The translations under genes and the position numbers were made by a program. The notes under the pieces are model-generated. The model searched no databases and had not been told where the DNA came from. It saw only the letters and a program-made list of their open reading frames with translations. From positions 960,001 through 1,024,000 of the forward strand of contig OZ241889.1 of NCBI GenBank assembly GCA_965203355.1: 64,000 nt of DNA, given 5' to 3'. This document shows positions 27,875-38,410 of this stretch, one piece after another (the first letter of the stretch is position 1; every line of letters starts with the position of its first letter). This DNA comes from Candidatus Latescibacterota bacterium. Its GTDB lineage: Bacteria; Latescibacterota; UBA2968; UBA8231.

Positions 27875-28891
27875 ATGAAATACCGCAGAATGGGCCGCAC
27901 CGGCCTCAAAGTATCGGAAGTTTGCCTCGGGACCATGACCTTTGGCCACAGCACTGACGAGCGCGAGGCCAAGCGGATCGTCGATCTGGCGTTTGACGCG
28001 GGCATCAACTTCTTCGACACGGCTGACTCGTATGGCCGCGGCGAGTCCGAGATCATAACCGGCAAGGCGCTCAAGGATCGCCGCCGCGATGCGGTCATCG
28101 CCACCAAGTTTTTCAACCCCATGGGGCCTGGCCCCAACGACTCGGGGATGTCGCGGGTGCGCATTATGAACGCGGTCGAGGACAGCCTCCGGCGACTGCA
28201 AACAGATTACATTGACCTTTATTACATCCACCACGTGGATACCCAGACTCCGTTGGAAGAGATGCTGCGTGCGCTCGACGATTTGATCCGCCAAGGCAAG
28301 GTGCGCTATACCGCCTGTTCCAACTATCAGGCGTGGCGCTTGATGGAAGCGTTGTGGATTTCAGACGCGCATGGCTTGGCGCGCTTTGAGTGCTATCAGC
28401 CGCAATACAGCTTGGTCGTGCGCGACATTGAGCAGGAGTTGATTCCGGTTTGTCAACTCAAGGGGCTGGGCGTGGTGGCGTGGAGCCCGCTCGGCGGCGG
28501 CTTTCTCTCCGGCAAGTACAAGCCCGGTGAGCGCACCCTAGCCGGTACGCGTTCCGCCGATGCGTGGGCGTACCCGCAAAGCTATTTTGCCGCCAATGCC
28601 GACGAGACCTTAGAGACGCTACTAGCGGTAGCCGACGAGATAGGCCGTGCGCCAGCGCAAGTGGCTCTGCGTTGGGTGTTGGAACAACCGGCCATCACCT
28701 CGGTCATCATTGGTGCGCGCACGGTCGAGCAGGCGAGGGACAACATGCTCGCCGGTAGCTTTTGTCTCCCGGACCAGGCCCGCGCCCGGCTCGACGAAGT
28801 TTCCCACCTCCCGCATCGCTACCCAGAAGCCATGGAAGCGAACATGCACGCGCGCCGCGATGACGCGGTCGAGATGCCGACGCTGGAGTGA
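27875..28891 (+). CDS. Aldo/keto reductase
   Basis: LGTMTFG, FDTADSYG, SLRRLQTDYIDLY, WSPLGGG. Confidence 0.95.
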   Translation: MKYRRMGRTGLKVSEVCLGTMTFGHSTDEREAKRIVDLAFDAGINFFDTADSYGRGESEIITGKALKDRRRDAVIATKFFNPMGPGPNDSGMSRVRIMNAVEDSLRRLQTDYIDLYYIHHVDTQTPLEEMLRALDDLIRQGKVRYTACSNYQAWRLMEALWISDAHGLARFECYQPQYSLVVRDIEQELIPVCQLKGLGVVAWSPLGGGFLSGKYKPGERTLAGTRSADAWAYPQSYFAANADETLETLLAVADEIGRAPAQVALRWVLEQPAITSVIIGARTVEQARDNMLAGSFCLPDQARARLDEVSHLPHRYPEAMEANMHARRDDAVEMPTLE

Positions 28892-28894
28892 CGA

Positions 28895-30247
28895 GTGACC
28901 GAGCCACCCCTTCAGGTTGCCAAGACCTGCGAGCTGCACGTCCACATCGGCGGCAGCCTCTTTGCCGCTGATCTCCTCGACTTGGCCCGCGACCACTATG
29001 AAAAAATCGACTGGTCGCTGTTTGTCGATAGCTTTGAACGCGCCTATGGCCGTCGGCCCGAGCCGGTCGCGCTGTTCCGCGAGGTGCTCGACAGCCAATG
29101 TCTCGACGCGCTCAAGGCGCACTGCGTGTACAGCGCGGAGGACGAGAGCGACTTTGCTCATTTCCAAGCCAAGTTCAACTTGGCCATCTGCGTCTATCGC
29201 TATTGGTGGAACGTCTTGGGCAAGCCAGAAGAAATTTTGCAGCGCGTGTTCGCCCACCATCGGCGCGAAGGGCTGCGTTACGTCGAATACCGCGCCATGG
29301 CTTCCTACGACCACATCCAATCCGAAGCCTTCGTGCAGTTTCACGCGCTGATTGCGCGCGCCATTGCCCAAGCCTGCACGGAGGACTTTACCGCCCGCTA
29401 TGTCATCAGCCTGCCGCGCTGGGCGCCGCTTGAATGTTATAAATTGGTCCAACGCCTGCTCGACGAAAATGAGGATTTGCGGTCCGCGATCGTCGGGCTC
29501 GATTTCTGCCACTTTGAGGAGGGTTATCCGCCCGCGAGCACCCGCGCCTTCTTCCGGCGCCTGCGTCGCGACAACGAACGGCACCCGGAGCGCGCCCTCG
29601 ACGTGGCCTATCACGTCGGCGAGGTCTATTTCGACAAGTCGCTCGAAAGCGCAGTGCGCTGGTGCCACGAAGCCGCGGAGTTGGGTGCGCTGCGCTTGGG
29701 GCATTGCACCGCGCTTGGGCTCGACCCAGAGGTTGCTGTGGCCCGTCGGTCCCAAGCCCATGCGTGCGAGCCGGTCAGCGAACGCCTGGCCCAGATTGCC
29801 TACGATTTGCAACACAAGAAAGCATTGGAAGAATGCGGCGTTCCGGTTGACGACCACGCCCTGATGCAGGAGCGCAGCAACCTCTCGTCCCGTCCCGGCG
29901 ATGCGCTGGTTTGCCGCGCCTACGATCCTTCGCGCTTCGAAGCAGTGCGCCGACGGCAGGACTTTGCACTCAGCCGCTTGGCCACGCTCGGCACCGTAGT
30001 AGAAACTTGCCCGACCTCCAACTTGCGCATTGGTGCCGTACCCGACGCGAAAGATCACCCCGTGCATCGCTTCTTGGCCTCTAATGTCCGCCTAGCTATC
30101 GGCGCCGACGACCCTGGTCTTTTCGAATGTACACTCGCCGATGAAGTCGATTGGGTCCAACGCCACACTGACCTGACTCCAGACGCGCTACAAGCCCGCC
30201 TTGGCGACCCACGCGACTACCGATGCGGCGCAACGCGCATCCGCTAG
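28895..30247 (+). CDS. Adenosine/AMP deaminase-like metallohydrolase
   Basis: ELHVHIGG, HVGE, RLGH, VETCPTSN, ADDPG. Confidence 0.8.
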   Translation: MTEPPLQVAKTCELHVHIGGSLFAADLLDLARDHYEKIDWSLFVDSFERAYGRRPEPVALFREVLDSQCLDALKAHCVYSAEDESDFAHFQAKFNLAICVYRYWWNVLGKPEEILQRVFAHHRREGLRYVEYRAMASYDHIQSEAFVQFHALIARAIAQACTEDFTARYVISLPRWAPLECYKLVQRLLDENEDLRSAIVGLDFCHFEEGYPPASTRAFFRRLRRDNERHPERALDVAYHVGEVYFDKSLESAVRWCHEAAELGALRLGHCTALGLDPEVAVARRSQAHACEPVSERLAQIAYDLQHKKALEECGVPVDDHALMQERSNLSSRPGDALVCRAYDPSRFEAVRRRQDFALSRLATLGTVVETCPTSNLRIGAVPDAKDHPVHRFLASNVRLAIGADDPGLFECTLADEVDWVQRHTDLTPDALQARLGDPRDYRCGATRIR

Positions 30248-30253
30248 GAACCC

Positions 30254-31735
30254 GTGATTACCCCGCAAAAGATGTTCAAGGGGTTTTTCTACACCTTGGG
30301 CACGGGCTATGCCGCACGGCTGTGCAGTGTGGGGTTGACGGTGTTGATCAAAAGGCAGCTCGCCCCCAGCGTTTTTGCCGATGTGTTTTTGGGCGTGACG
30401 GTCTTTATCCTGCTGTCCAGCCTGCGCGAGTTTGGCTTAATGCACGCGCTGTTGCACTTCCAAGACCGAGTCGAGGAATTCGTCGGTACGCACTTTGCGC
30501 TGAATGTGTGCATTACCCTGCTGTCGTGTTTGCTCACCAGCGGGGTCGTCTTGGCCTTGGCGTTGCTTTTCCCGGCCGATTTTTCCTGGACTTTTGCCCA
30601 AGTCGCGTGGGTGCTGGCGGCGTTGCACTGCGTGCGCCAACTGACCCTGACTTCAGAGGCCCTGCTGAGGATGGATTTTGAGTTTGGCCGGCTCTCGGTG
30701 TTTCACGGACTGGGGACGCTGTTGGCCTTGAGCAGTGCGCTGCTGGCGGCCCACGCCGGGTGGGAAGAGTGGAGCCTGATATTGGGAGGGTGGACTACGT
30801 ACTCGGTGCTCAGCGTGGTGTACGTGTTGTTTTTTTCTGCGGCCACTTGGTGTAGCCGTCCCCTGCGCCGCGCCTCTTGGCGCTTTGATTGGGTTTGGGC
30901 GCGCCGCCTACTGGGTTATGGCGTGTGGATCTGGATTGGCTGGGTATTGCAGATTTTTATTTGGTGGTATGACAAATTGGTCGTGCGCTTGGTCGTTGGC
31001 GATACGGCACTCGCGCTCTACGAGACAGCGTGGTGGCTGGTGCAGATTCCCACCGCGGTTATCGCGCATATCATCCTCAACTACAGCGGTGCCCTGTACT
31101 CGCGGTATCGGCACGAGCGCGAGCGGCTGGGCGCGTTGTTCTCCAAGATGATCAGCCTAGTACTGAGAGTGTCGGCTCCCGTGTCGCTGATCTTGGTCTT
31201 CAATGCCCGCGAGGTAATCGCCCTCTTAGGTGGCCAATGGGCTGGGTCGGCGCCCATTGTGGTTTGGCTGGGGGCGTATGCGCTGTTGGGCCCGCTGCTC
31301 AGCGATGGATTTAGCCTGCTGTGGGCGGTAGGGGCGACGCGCCGGTCCGCGTACATAGTGGGGATTCAGGGGGCGGTGGCCCTTTTTGCCGTCCCGGTGC
31401 TGGGCGCGTTGTGGGGCGTGGAGGGCGTGGCGTACAGCATGGGCGCGGTGGCTGGCACGGGTTTCTTGGGCCTGTGCGTTGGTTTGCGCGCCTATGTGAG
31501 CGTCCGTTGGTTCGAGGTCTTGGCCGCGCCGGGCGTGGGATTGTTGGCGGCCGCGGTATGCGGATGGTTGTACGATCATTGGGCCTTGGATTATGCCGTG
31601 GCCGATTTTGCCTTGCGGAGCGGAATTATGGCGTTGGCATACGGGATTGTTCTCGGGGTGCTAGAGCGCCGCATCATCGTCGAGGAGCTCGGACACTTGC
31701 GCCGCATTATGCGTGGGAGCGCGGAAGAGGAATAG
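30254..31735 (+). CDS. Oligosaccharide flippase (Wzx/PST family)
   Basis: About 12-14 TM segments; D-x-L-VV-R...LALY pattern. Confidence 0.75.
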   Translation: MITPQKMFKGFFYTLGTGYAARLCSVGLTVLIKRQLAPSVFADVFLGVTVFILLSSLREFGLMHALLHFQDRVEEFVGTHFALNVCITLLSCLLTSGVVLALALLFPADFSWTFAQVAWVLAALHCVRQLTLTSEALLRMDFEFGRLSVFHGLGTLLALSSALLAAHAGWEEWSLILGGWTTYSVLSVVYVLFFSAATWCSRPLRRASWRFDWVWARRLLGYGVWIWIGWVLQIFIWWYDKLVVRLVVGDTALALYETAWWLVQIPTAVIAHIILNYSGALYSRYRHERERLGALFSKMISLVLRVSAPVSLILVFNAREVIALLGGQWAGSAPIVVWLGAYALLGPLLSDGFSLLWAVGATRRSAYIVGIQGAVALFAVPVLGALWGVEGVAYSMGAVAGTGFLGLCVGLRAYVSVRWFEVLAAPGVGLLAAAVCGWLYDHWALDYAVADFALRSGIMALAYGIVLGVLERRIIVEELGHLRRIMRGSAEEE

Positions 31736-32315
31736 GGATTTCGCCGGTTGCGACCCGTGTGAGGGTCGCCGCGTAGAGTTGGTGCTCTACGGCTAATACC
31801 CGCTTTTGCAGGGTCTCAGGCGTGTCTTCTGCTTTAACCGGAACCTTTTTCTGCGCCAGCACTCGCCCGTGGTCGTATTCTTCATCCACCAAGTGGATCG
31901 TCGCCCCGCTCTCGTGCTCTCCAGCGGCCAATACCGCTTCGTGGACCCGCATTCCGTACATGCCTTGTCCGCCGAACTTGGGCAGCAGGGCGGGGTGGAT
32001 ATTCAAGATCCGCCCTTCGTAGGCTGCCAAAACTTCTGACCCCAGTTTCTTCATGTATCCGGCTAGACAAATCACCTCGACCCGGTGCCGCTGCATCGCC
32101 GCCACCATCGCCTGCCCCAGCGCATCGCCGTGCGTTCGCTCGCTCAGGTGGTACGCCGCGATGTTCGCTTGCCGCGCCCGCGCCAGCGCACCCGACTGCG
32201 AGTTGTTGCTAATCACCACGTGCGGCTCGGCCGCTAGCGTCCCGGTCTGACAGGCCGCGATGATCGCCTGCATGTTCGACCCGGCGTGCGAGGCGAGAAA
32301 CCCCAGTTTTAGCAT
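31707..32315 (-). CDS. purN: Phosphoribosylglycinamide formyltransferase
   Basis: SHAGSNMQAII, LAGYM, LNIHPALLP, GATIHLVDEEYDHG. Confidence 0.96.
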   Translation of the reverse strand: MLKLGFLASHAGSNMQAIIAACQTGTLAAEPHVVISNNSQSGALARARQANIAAYHLSERTHGDALGQAMVAAMQRHRVEVICLAGYMKKLGSEVLAAYEGRILNIHPALLPKFGGQGMYGMRVHEAVLAAGEHESGATIHLVDEEYDHGRVLAQKKVPVKAEDTPETLQKRVLAVEHQLYAATLTRVATGEIPIPLPRSHA

Positions 32316-32663
32316 TTAGAGGAGGGCCAAAACTCGTTCCGGTGGGCGCCCGATGCGCGCTTGGCTTCCCTTGACTACAATCGGCCGCTCGATCAGGATG
32401 GGATGTTCCGCCATCGCCTGAATGAGCTGCGCCCGATCCGCGACTTCGGCCAGTCCGAGCGCCGCGTATTCGTCCTCTTTGGTCCGCATCAGTTCCCGGG
32501 GTTCCAGTTTGAGCTTTTGCAAAAGTTCGTCTAGGGTCTCGGCGTCTGGCGGTGTCTTCAAGTACTCGACGACGTTAGCCTCGACGCCTTGCTCGGCCAA
32601 GAGAGCCAACGTCTGCCGACTTTTAGCGCATCGCGGGTTGTGGTACATTGTTACTTCGGCCAT
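32316..32663 (-). CDS. arsC: Arsenate reductase (glutaredoxin-type ArsC family)
   Basis: MAEVTMYHNPRCAKSR, LIERPIV, IGRPPE. Confidence 0.9.
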   Translation of the reverse strand: MAEVTMYHNPRCAKSRQTLALLAEQGVEANVVEYLKTPPDAETLDELLQKLKLEPRELMRTKEDEYAALGLAEVADRAQLIQAMAEHPILIERPIVVKGSQARIGRPPERVLALL

Positions 32664-32717
32664 TTTCTTTCCTCGTTGAGTGTTGATTGCCACCGCCAAA
32701 ACTAAGGTCTTACCCTC

Positions 32718-33557
32718 ATGCCTACAATAAACCAATCTAGCAGCCCCGATAGTGCGGCCGGACTGCTCAGCCCGGCGACGCCAGCCGACGCGGATTTCTT
32801 TCGGCAAAACGGCTACATCCGCTACGAGCACTTCTTCTCCGCCGCGGAGATCGCCTCGCTGCGCCATGCCATTGACCACGCCATGGACACGCATCGCGCC
32901 CGCATCAAAGGGGCCGAGAATGATGGCCGCGTGTCGGGAGAGTACGAGCGCGTCTTCAATCAGATGGTCAATCTCTGGACCGACTATCCGGCCGCTAAAG
33001 CGATCGCTTTCCATCCGCGCTTGGCCGAAACCGCCCGCCGCCTGAGCGGCTGCCGCCACGTGCGCATCTACCACGATCACGCGATGATCAAGCCCCCCGG
33101 CCAAACGAGCAAGGAGACGAACTGGCATCAGGACGCTCCCTATTGGCCGATGGACCCGGTGGGTGCGCTGTCGGCGTGGATCGCGGTGGACGACGTGACC
33201 GCAGACAATGGCTGCCTCCACTTTGTGCCCGGCTCTCACCAGTACGAGCGGCTCGAGCCGATCAAACTCGGCGTCGCTGGCGAGAGTATCGTCGATAAGA
33301 TGAAGGAACGGGGCTACGACGTGCCCGAGCCGGTGACCATGGACATGAAAGCTGGCGGCGTTACCTTCCACCACGGCTGCACCTTCCACTACGCCGGTCC
33401 CAACCAGACCGCTGCACCGCGCCGGGCGTTCGCCATTATCTACATGCCCGACTACACCGCGTTTACTGGGACGCACGATGCGGCTGGCGCGGCTGACGAG
33501 ATGACCGCTGGTGGCCCTTGGGACCATCCGCTGCATCCCATTCTGGCAGGTGAATGA
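32718..33557 (+). CDS. Phytanoyl-CoA dioxygenase family protein
   Basis: WHQD, NGCLHFVPGSH, TFHYAGPN, RRA. Confidence 0.92.
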   Translation: MPTINQSSSPDSAAGLLSPATPADADFFRQNGYIRYEHFFSAAEIASLRHAIDHAMDTHRARIKGAENDGRVSGEYERVFNQMVNLWTDYPAAKAIAFHPRLAETARRLSGCRHVRIYHDHAMIKPPGQTSKETNWHQDAPYWPMDPVGALSAWIAVDDVTADNGCLHFVPGSHQYERLEPIKLGVAGESIVDKMKERGYDVPEPVTMDMKAGGVTFHHGCTFHYAGPNQTAAPRRAFAIIYMPDYTAFTGTHDAAGAADEMTAGGPWDHPLHPILAGE

Positions 33558-33594
33558 GGCCGCGGCGGCCGCGATCTGGCCGAGGGAAGTAGAA

Positions 33595-34755
33595 ATGCAG
33601 ATACAATCCATCCGCGTAGTTGATCTCAAAATTCCGCACAACCCGCCCCAAACCGCGCCGCGCCGCCCCTCTTGGAATCAGCGTGCGCCGCGTTCATTGC
33701 CGATCAACAAGTATCCAGAATTTTCGCGCCTACCCGGGCAGATGCCGGGGATGGGCGGTGGCCCGGTCTGGGTCCAAATCACCGCTGAAGACGGTACTTG
33801 GGGTTTGGGTGGTTGCTCCTTTGGCGCCCCGGTCGCTGCCATCGTCGAGCAGGTCTTCGCGCCCCTGCTGGTGGGCCGCGATTGTCTGGCCACGGAATTT
33901 CTCAACGACCTGATGTGGCGCGCTGCTCAGCGCCTCGGTCATGCTGGGACCGCCGCCGTTGCCCAAAGCGGCATTGACTTGGCGCTCTGGGACCTCAAGG
34001 GCAAGCTGCTGGGCCTGCCCGTGTACCGCTTGCTCGGTGGCCCTTGCCGCGACCACATTGAACTCTACGCCACTGGCGACGATCTCGACTGGGGCCTCGA
34101 GCTGGGGTTTAGCGCCTTCAAGGTTACCAATCCGGTCCACTACCGCGAGGGTCAAGCAGGACTCAACCGCCTTGAAGACAAGATCGCCCGGGCGCGCGAG
34201 ACTATCGGCCCGGACTGCGAGCTGATGCTCAACGCGGTCATGTCCTACAACGTCGAATACGCCATTCAAGTCGCCGAGCGGCTCAGGCCCTACCAGATGC
34301 GCTGGATTGAGGAGCCGCTGATTCCCACCGATCTCGAAGGGCACATCGCGCTCAAGCGGGCTGCTCCGTACGTGCCCATTGCCACCGGCGAGGACCACCA
34401 TGGCCGTCAGGCCTTCCGCCAGCTAGTCGAACACCGCTGCGTTGATGTGCTGCAACCGGATCTCAAGTGGTGCGGCGGTTTTTCCGAAGCAGTCAAGATC
34501 TACTACATCGCCGAAGCCGCCGGCCTTGTCACCGTGCCCCACGGTGGTGCCAACACGGCCTACGGTCAACACTTCGCCCTTGCCTTTCCCGAATCGCCGC
34601 TGGCCGAGTTCTGGCTCGGCTCGCCTCCGGGCATTCCCCTAGACGAAGTCCCCGCCATACCGGGCACAGCCGTGCCTCAAAATGGGTGCTTGGTCCCTTC
34701 GGACGCGCCGGGCTTTGGTATGGAAATAGCAGACGAGTGGATCGCACCGCGCTGA
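33595..34755 (+). CDS. Enolase-superfamily acid-sugar dehydratase (L-rhamnonate dehydratase-like)
   Basis: DLALWDLKGK, WIEEPL, IATGED, LQPD..WCGG. Confidence 0.88.
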   Translation: MQIQSIRVVDLKIPHNPPQTAPRRPSWNQRAPRSLPINKYPEFSRLPGQMPGMGGGPVWVQITAEDGTWGLGGCSFGAPVAAIVEQVFAPLLVGRDCLATEFLNDLMWRAAQRLGHAGTAAVAQSGIDLALWDLKGKLLGLPVYRLLGGPCRDHIELYATGDDLDWGLELGFSAFKVTNPVHYREGQAGLNRLEDKIARARETIGPDCELMLNAVMSYNVEYAIQVAERLRPYQMRWIEEPLIPTDLEGHIALKRAAPYVPIATGEDHHGRQAFRQLVEHRCVDVLQPDLKWCGGFSEAVKIYYIAEAAGLVTVPHGGANTAYGQHFALAFPESPLAEFWLGSPPGIPLDEVPAIPGTAVPQNGCLVPSDAPGFGMEIADEWIAPR

Positions 34756-34758
34756 GGC

Positions 34759-35187
34759 ATGGCTGAGCGGTTCGACTTATCCACCAGCCCCGGTGCCAGC
34801 CTGCGCCTGATTTTTGCTCTATTGGGTATTGGCCAGTTGATATTGAGCACCATCGCCTTCCAGCGCGGCGGCTTTGTGTATGGACTCGCGGTACTCGGCG
34901 GTGGGATCGCGGCGTTCTGTGCGGCAGCTTTCTTCGTCCACCGCCTCCATCGGTGCTGGGTCTGGCTGGGGCCGGCGGGCGTGACGGTCGAGGAGGGCTT
35001 GTTTGGTCGGCAGACGCTGACGTGGGCCGAGGTCAAAAAAGTGAGCCTGTCACCGGCGGCGACCGTGTTCCACGCGGCGACGGGTGAGGATATAGTTCTC
35101 CACAACACGGCCCATCAACCGCGGGCGATCGCTCCGTTTTTAACGCGATTGCGCGCCTTGGTGGCCGAGCGCGAACTGAACGGTTAG
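34759..35187 (+). CDS. Hypothetical membrane protein with PH-like domain
   Basis: Two TM segments followed by a soluble beta-rich segment. Confidence 0.6.
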   Translation: MAERFDLSTSPGASLRLIFALLGIGQLILSTIAFQRGGFVYGLAVLGGGIAAFCAAAFFVHRLHRCWVWLGPAGVTVEEGLFGRQTLTWAEVKKVSLSPAATVFHAATGEDIVLHNTAHQPRAIAPFLTRLRALVAERELNG

Positions 35188-35188
35188 C

Positions 35189-35632
35189 CTACTCGGCCGC
35201 CTCTTTTTGCTTGGCTTGGGCGGCGAGGTGCGTTGTGATTTTGCCGACGATCTCAGCCGCGGAGTTTTGCTTGGTCACCGTTTCTAGCAGGGTGCGGTCT
35301 TGGGCGTTGATGAGTAGGACGAGGCCGGTTTTGTTATTGGCCTTGAAGTGGTCTTCCACGCCGAGGGCGGCGGCAAGCAAGCGGGCTTGGGATGTCAACG
35401 TCGAGTCGGTAACGTCCAGTTGGACGAAGAGGACGGGCTGATCGGCCACCCCGGCTTGGACTTCTTTGAGGATTGGCCCGAGGGCGGTGCAGGAGCCGCA
35501 CCAATCGGCGTGGACCTTGACAACATACAAGGCCGGGTCGCCTTTGCCTTCTACCGAGACGGTGCCGGCGAAAGTGGGGGCTGGGGCTAGCAAAAAGGCC
35601 AAGCCGGTGAGTGCGATGACGCATTTCAGCAT
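35189..35632 (-). CDS. Exported thioredoxin family protein
   Basis: Signal peptide, HADWCGSC; RBS AGGAG. Confidence 0.85.
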   Translation of the reverse strand: MLKCVIALTGLAFLLAPAPTFAGTVSVEGKGDPALYVVKVHADWCGSCTALGPILKEVQAGVADQPVLFVQLDVTDSTLTSQARLLAAALGVEDHFKANNKTGLVLLINAQDRTLLETVTKQNSAAEIVGKITTHLAAQAKQKEAAE

Positions 35633-35873
35633 GATTTGCTCCTGTTTGGAAAAGTTGTTGGGGTCAGTCCGTCGAAAGACGCCCTGACTCGTTGGGAAGT
35701 TCCTCGCTTGCATTTTCAACTGTGGCTAGGCAGGCAATGGACGCGCGTAGAACTCGACGACATGAGTGAGGCAGAAGCGACATTGTACCGGCCGTACGCC
35801 TCTTTGTGATCCTCCGGCAATTTGGTATCATTGTAACCTTTCAACAAGCGATGTGCAACCAGAGGAGCCTCCG

Positions 35874-36878
35874 GTGAAAATCACTCAAGTAGAGCTGTAC
35901 GAAGTCGAAATTCCGCCGATTCCGGTGATCGCCCGCTACTTTCCCAAGATCTACGACATTACCCTCTGTCGCATCCAAACGGACGAGGGCTTAGAGGGCT
36001 GGGGTGAGTTCCTCAGCAAAAAGTCTGCTGGTCAAGATCAAGCCGACGCGCTCGTGGGCCAAGACCCGCTGGCCTTGGACCCGTACAATCGTCCTGACGC
36101 TTTCACCTGTGCGCTGCTCGACATTGCGGGCCAAGCCTACGGCATCCCGCTCCACCGCTTCTTCGGGGCGCAGGTGCGCGACAAGGTGCCGGTGTCGTAT
36201 TGGTCGTGTCCCATGACGCCAGAAGAGACTGCGGCCGCGGCGGAAATAGGGGCCGAGCTGGGCTTTAGCAACCACAAGCTCAAGGCGCGATCGTGGAATA
36301 TCGTCGAGACAGTGCGGCTAATAAAAGAAGCGGCGGGTGCCGACTACACGGTCGGCGTTGATCCGAATACTGAATTTGCCCTGTTGCCCAAGGCCGCGCG
36401 CTTGGCGAGCGAATTGGAGCCTTTTGGCACGGTGTCGGTCTTTGAAGATCCCATGCTCAAAAACAATCTCGAATGGTACCGCATCCTGCGCGAGAAGACG
36501 CACATTCCCATCGCTTTGCACTTGGGAGCACCATCGGGTGTGCTGGCGGCGCTCAAGGCCGATTGTATTGACTACGTGAACTTGGGTGGCCCGGCACTGC
36601 AAGTGCGGAAGGCCGCGGCACTGGCGGAGGCTGCGGACGTGCCCTGCTGGGTCCAAATGGGCGGTTTGTGTACCGGGGTGTTGGCGGCCTATTCAGTGCA
36701 TTTGCAAGCGACGCTGCCCAACGCCACGCTGCCCTGCGACGAGCTACCTTTTACGCGGGAGGCCGATGTTGTGGCCGAGGGGCTGGCACTGGAGAAGGGA
36801 CACTTTATCGTGCCCACAAGGTCGGGGTTGGGGATCAAGGTCGATATGGAGGTGGTGGAGCGCTATCGCGTCGCTTGA
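35874..36878 (+). CDS. Mandelate racemase/muconate lactonizing enzyme family protein
   Basis: GTG after GAGGAG; ALLDIAG, KLK, VDPN, FEDP. Confidence 0.88.
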   Translation: MKITQVELYEVEIPPIPVIARYFPKIYDITLCRIQTDEGLEGWGEFLSKKSAGQDQADALVGQDPLALDPYNRPDAFTCALLDIAGQAYGIPLHRFFGAQVRDKVPVSYWSCPMTPEETAAAAEIGAELGFSNHKLKARSWNIVETVRLIKEAAGADYTVGVDPNTEFALLPKAARLASELEPFGTVSVFEDPMLKNNLEWYRILREKTHIPIALHLGAPSGVLAALKADCIDYVNLGGPALQVRKAAALAEAADVPCWVQMGGLCTGVLAAYSVHLQATLPNATLPCDELPFTREADVVAEGLALEKGHFIVPTRSGLGIKVDMEVVERYRVA

Positions 36879-36932
36879 GATGTGCTCCGCAATCGCCGTT
36901 TGCAACCAAGAGTTTTATAGGAATGAAAAAAT

Positions 36933-37883
36933 ATGAAGCTGTTGACCAATGACTCATTCGAGAAGGCGAGAACTTTCGTGATGGAGCAGGGTCGGGAGTT
37001 AGAAAGGCGGCTTCTATCGTACTATTTCGACGATGGAACTCCAGCCGCCGTCTTGGACGAACTCGCTAGCTATCAGAATCGAGATGGCGGTTTCGGCAAC
37101 GGCCTTGAACCCGATATCCAACTGCCCGATTCATCCGTTATCACGACGACCCTTGCGCTGCGCATTCTCAGAGAGGTCAAAGCGACGAGTAAAGATGAGA
37201 TTGTTCGCCAGGCGATCCAGTATTTGCTGGCCGAATGCGATTCGGCCCAGAGCCGCTGGCCGATCGTTCCGCAAGCGGTGGATGAATACCCCCATGCGCC
37301 ATGGTGGAATTTTGAGAATACGGCGGATACTTTTGGCGGTTTCCTGACCAACCCTCGGGCGGAGATCGTGGGCTATCTTCATGAATATCGCGAGTTGGCA
37401 CCTACAGACCTGATTAAACGGCTCACTGTAGAGGTCATAGAGCATGTAAAAACACTACCAGATGAGATGGACATGTACGATTTTATTTGCTGTGTTCATC
37501 TGGTTGAGACGACTGCTCTGCCTCAATCCGCGAAAGACACGCTGGCGAAAATACTAATTCGGCGTGTGCATTCTGTCGTCGTTCATACGCCGGAAGAATT
37601 GATGCAACCCGCTGCCAGACCGCTCTGGTTAGCGCCTACGCCCACCTCGTTGCTAGCTGAGACCCTGAAGGGCGAAATAGATATGAATCTGGACTTCGAT
37701 GTTAAACATCAGAACTCAGATGGATCTTGGTCGCCTACTTGGACTTGGTATGGCCAGTATCCAGAATTTTGGCAACAAGCCGAACAGCATTGGAAGAGCT
37801 GTTTGACTGTTGAAACACTAAAGGCGTTGAAAGAATTCGGGCGGATTGAAGGTCATCGCCACTGGTATCAGCAACGGCAATGA
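36933..37883 (+). CDS. Prenyltransferase/squalene-cyclase-like alpha/alpha barrel protein
   Basis: YQNRDGGFGNGLEPD, QNSDGSW QW-like repeats, HAPWW. Confidence 0.75.
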   Translation: MKLLTNDSFEKARTFVMEQGRELERRLLSYYFDDGTPAAVLDELASYQNRDGGFGNGLEPDIQLPDSSVITTTLALRILREVKATSKDEIVRQAIQYLLAECDSAQSRWPIVPQAVDEYPHAPWWNFENTADTFGGFLTNPRAEIVGYLHEYRELAPTDLIKRLTVEVIEHVKTLPDEMDMYDFICCVHLVETTALPQSAKDTLAKILIRRVHSVVVHTPEELMQPAARPLWLAPTPTSLLAETLKGEIDMNLDFDVKHQNSDGSWSPTWTWYGQYPEFWQQAEQHWKSCLTVETLKALKEFGRIEGHRHWYQQRQ

Positions 37884-37895
37884 GGAGGAGTCGAG

Positions 37896-38237
37896 ATGAT
37901 GTTTAGGATTCGCCGATATCAGGTCGTCCCCGGTAAGACGGAAGCGTTCAACGACTTCTTCTTAACGAGACTATTTCCCGTTCAGAAGAGATACGGTGCC
38001 CGTCTCGTCGGTCGTTTTCAAACAGACGATGGGCGCCAGATTATCGCTATCTGGGTTTACCGGAGCTTTGAGCATTACAAAAAAGTGCAGAGCTTAGTCG
38101 CCGCGGATGCCGACTCGATGGCGGCCCAAGAACACCGACGACAAGTATTGGATCCGATCTTCACGGAGACGGATGAGTCTTTCATGAGTTCAACGGTACC
38201 AATTGCATTGACGGAACTTTCTCATTTGGAAGCGTGA
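37896..38237 (+). CDS. NIPSNAP family protein
   Basis: RIRRYQVVPGK...YGARLVGRF. Confidence 0.8.
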   Translation: MMFRIRRYQVVPGKTEAFNDFFLTRLFPVQKRYGARLVGRFQTDDGRQIIAIWVYRSFEHYKKVQSLVAADADSMAAQEHRRQVLDPIFTETDESFMSSTVPIALTELSHLEA

Positions 38238-38247
38238 ACGCATCTCA

Positions 38248-38391
38248 GAAGCGTTTTTAAGATTCCTCTTATTGCCCTTTGCGTCAAAAAAGAACCTAGT
38301 AGCAATGGCGTCTCGCCTTCGGAAAACGCCCGATCCAGGAACCGCTCGACGGCCCGTTGAAGTAGTTCGACGAGAATTTTAAAAACGCATC
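38248..38391. mobile_element. MITE-like element, copy 1
   Basis: TIR GAAGCGTTTTTAA...TTAAAAACGCATC flanked by TCA/TCA; similar copy at 60743-60887. Confidence 0.8.
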
Positions 38392-38410
38392 TCAAGCCGA
38401 AAAAAGAAAA

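Noticed and set aside
28622-30067. 481-aa antisense ORF
   Set aside because: Shadow of the deaminase-like and AKR genes; no motifs.
32664-33641. Long N-terminal extension of the 441-aa ORF containing arsC
   Set aside because: Antisense to the PhyH gene; the real start is ATG at 32663 after GAGG.
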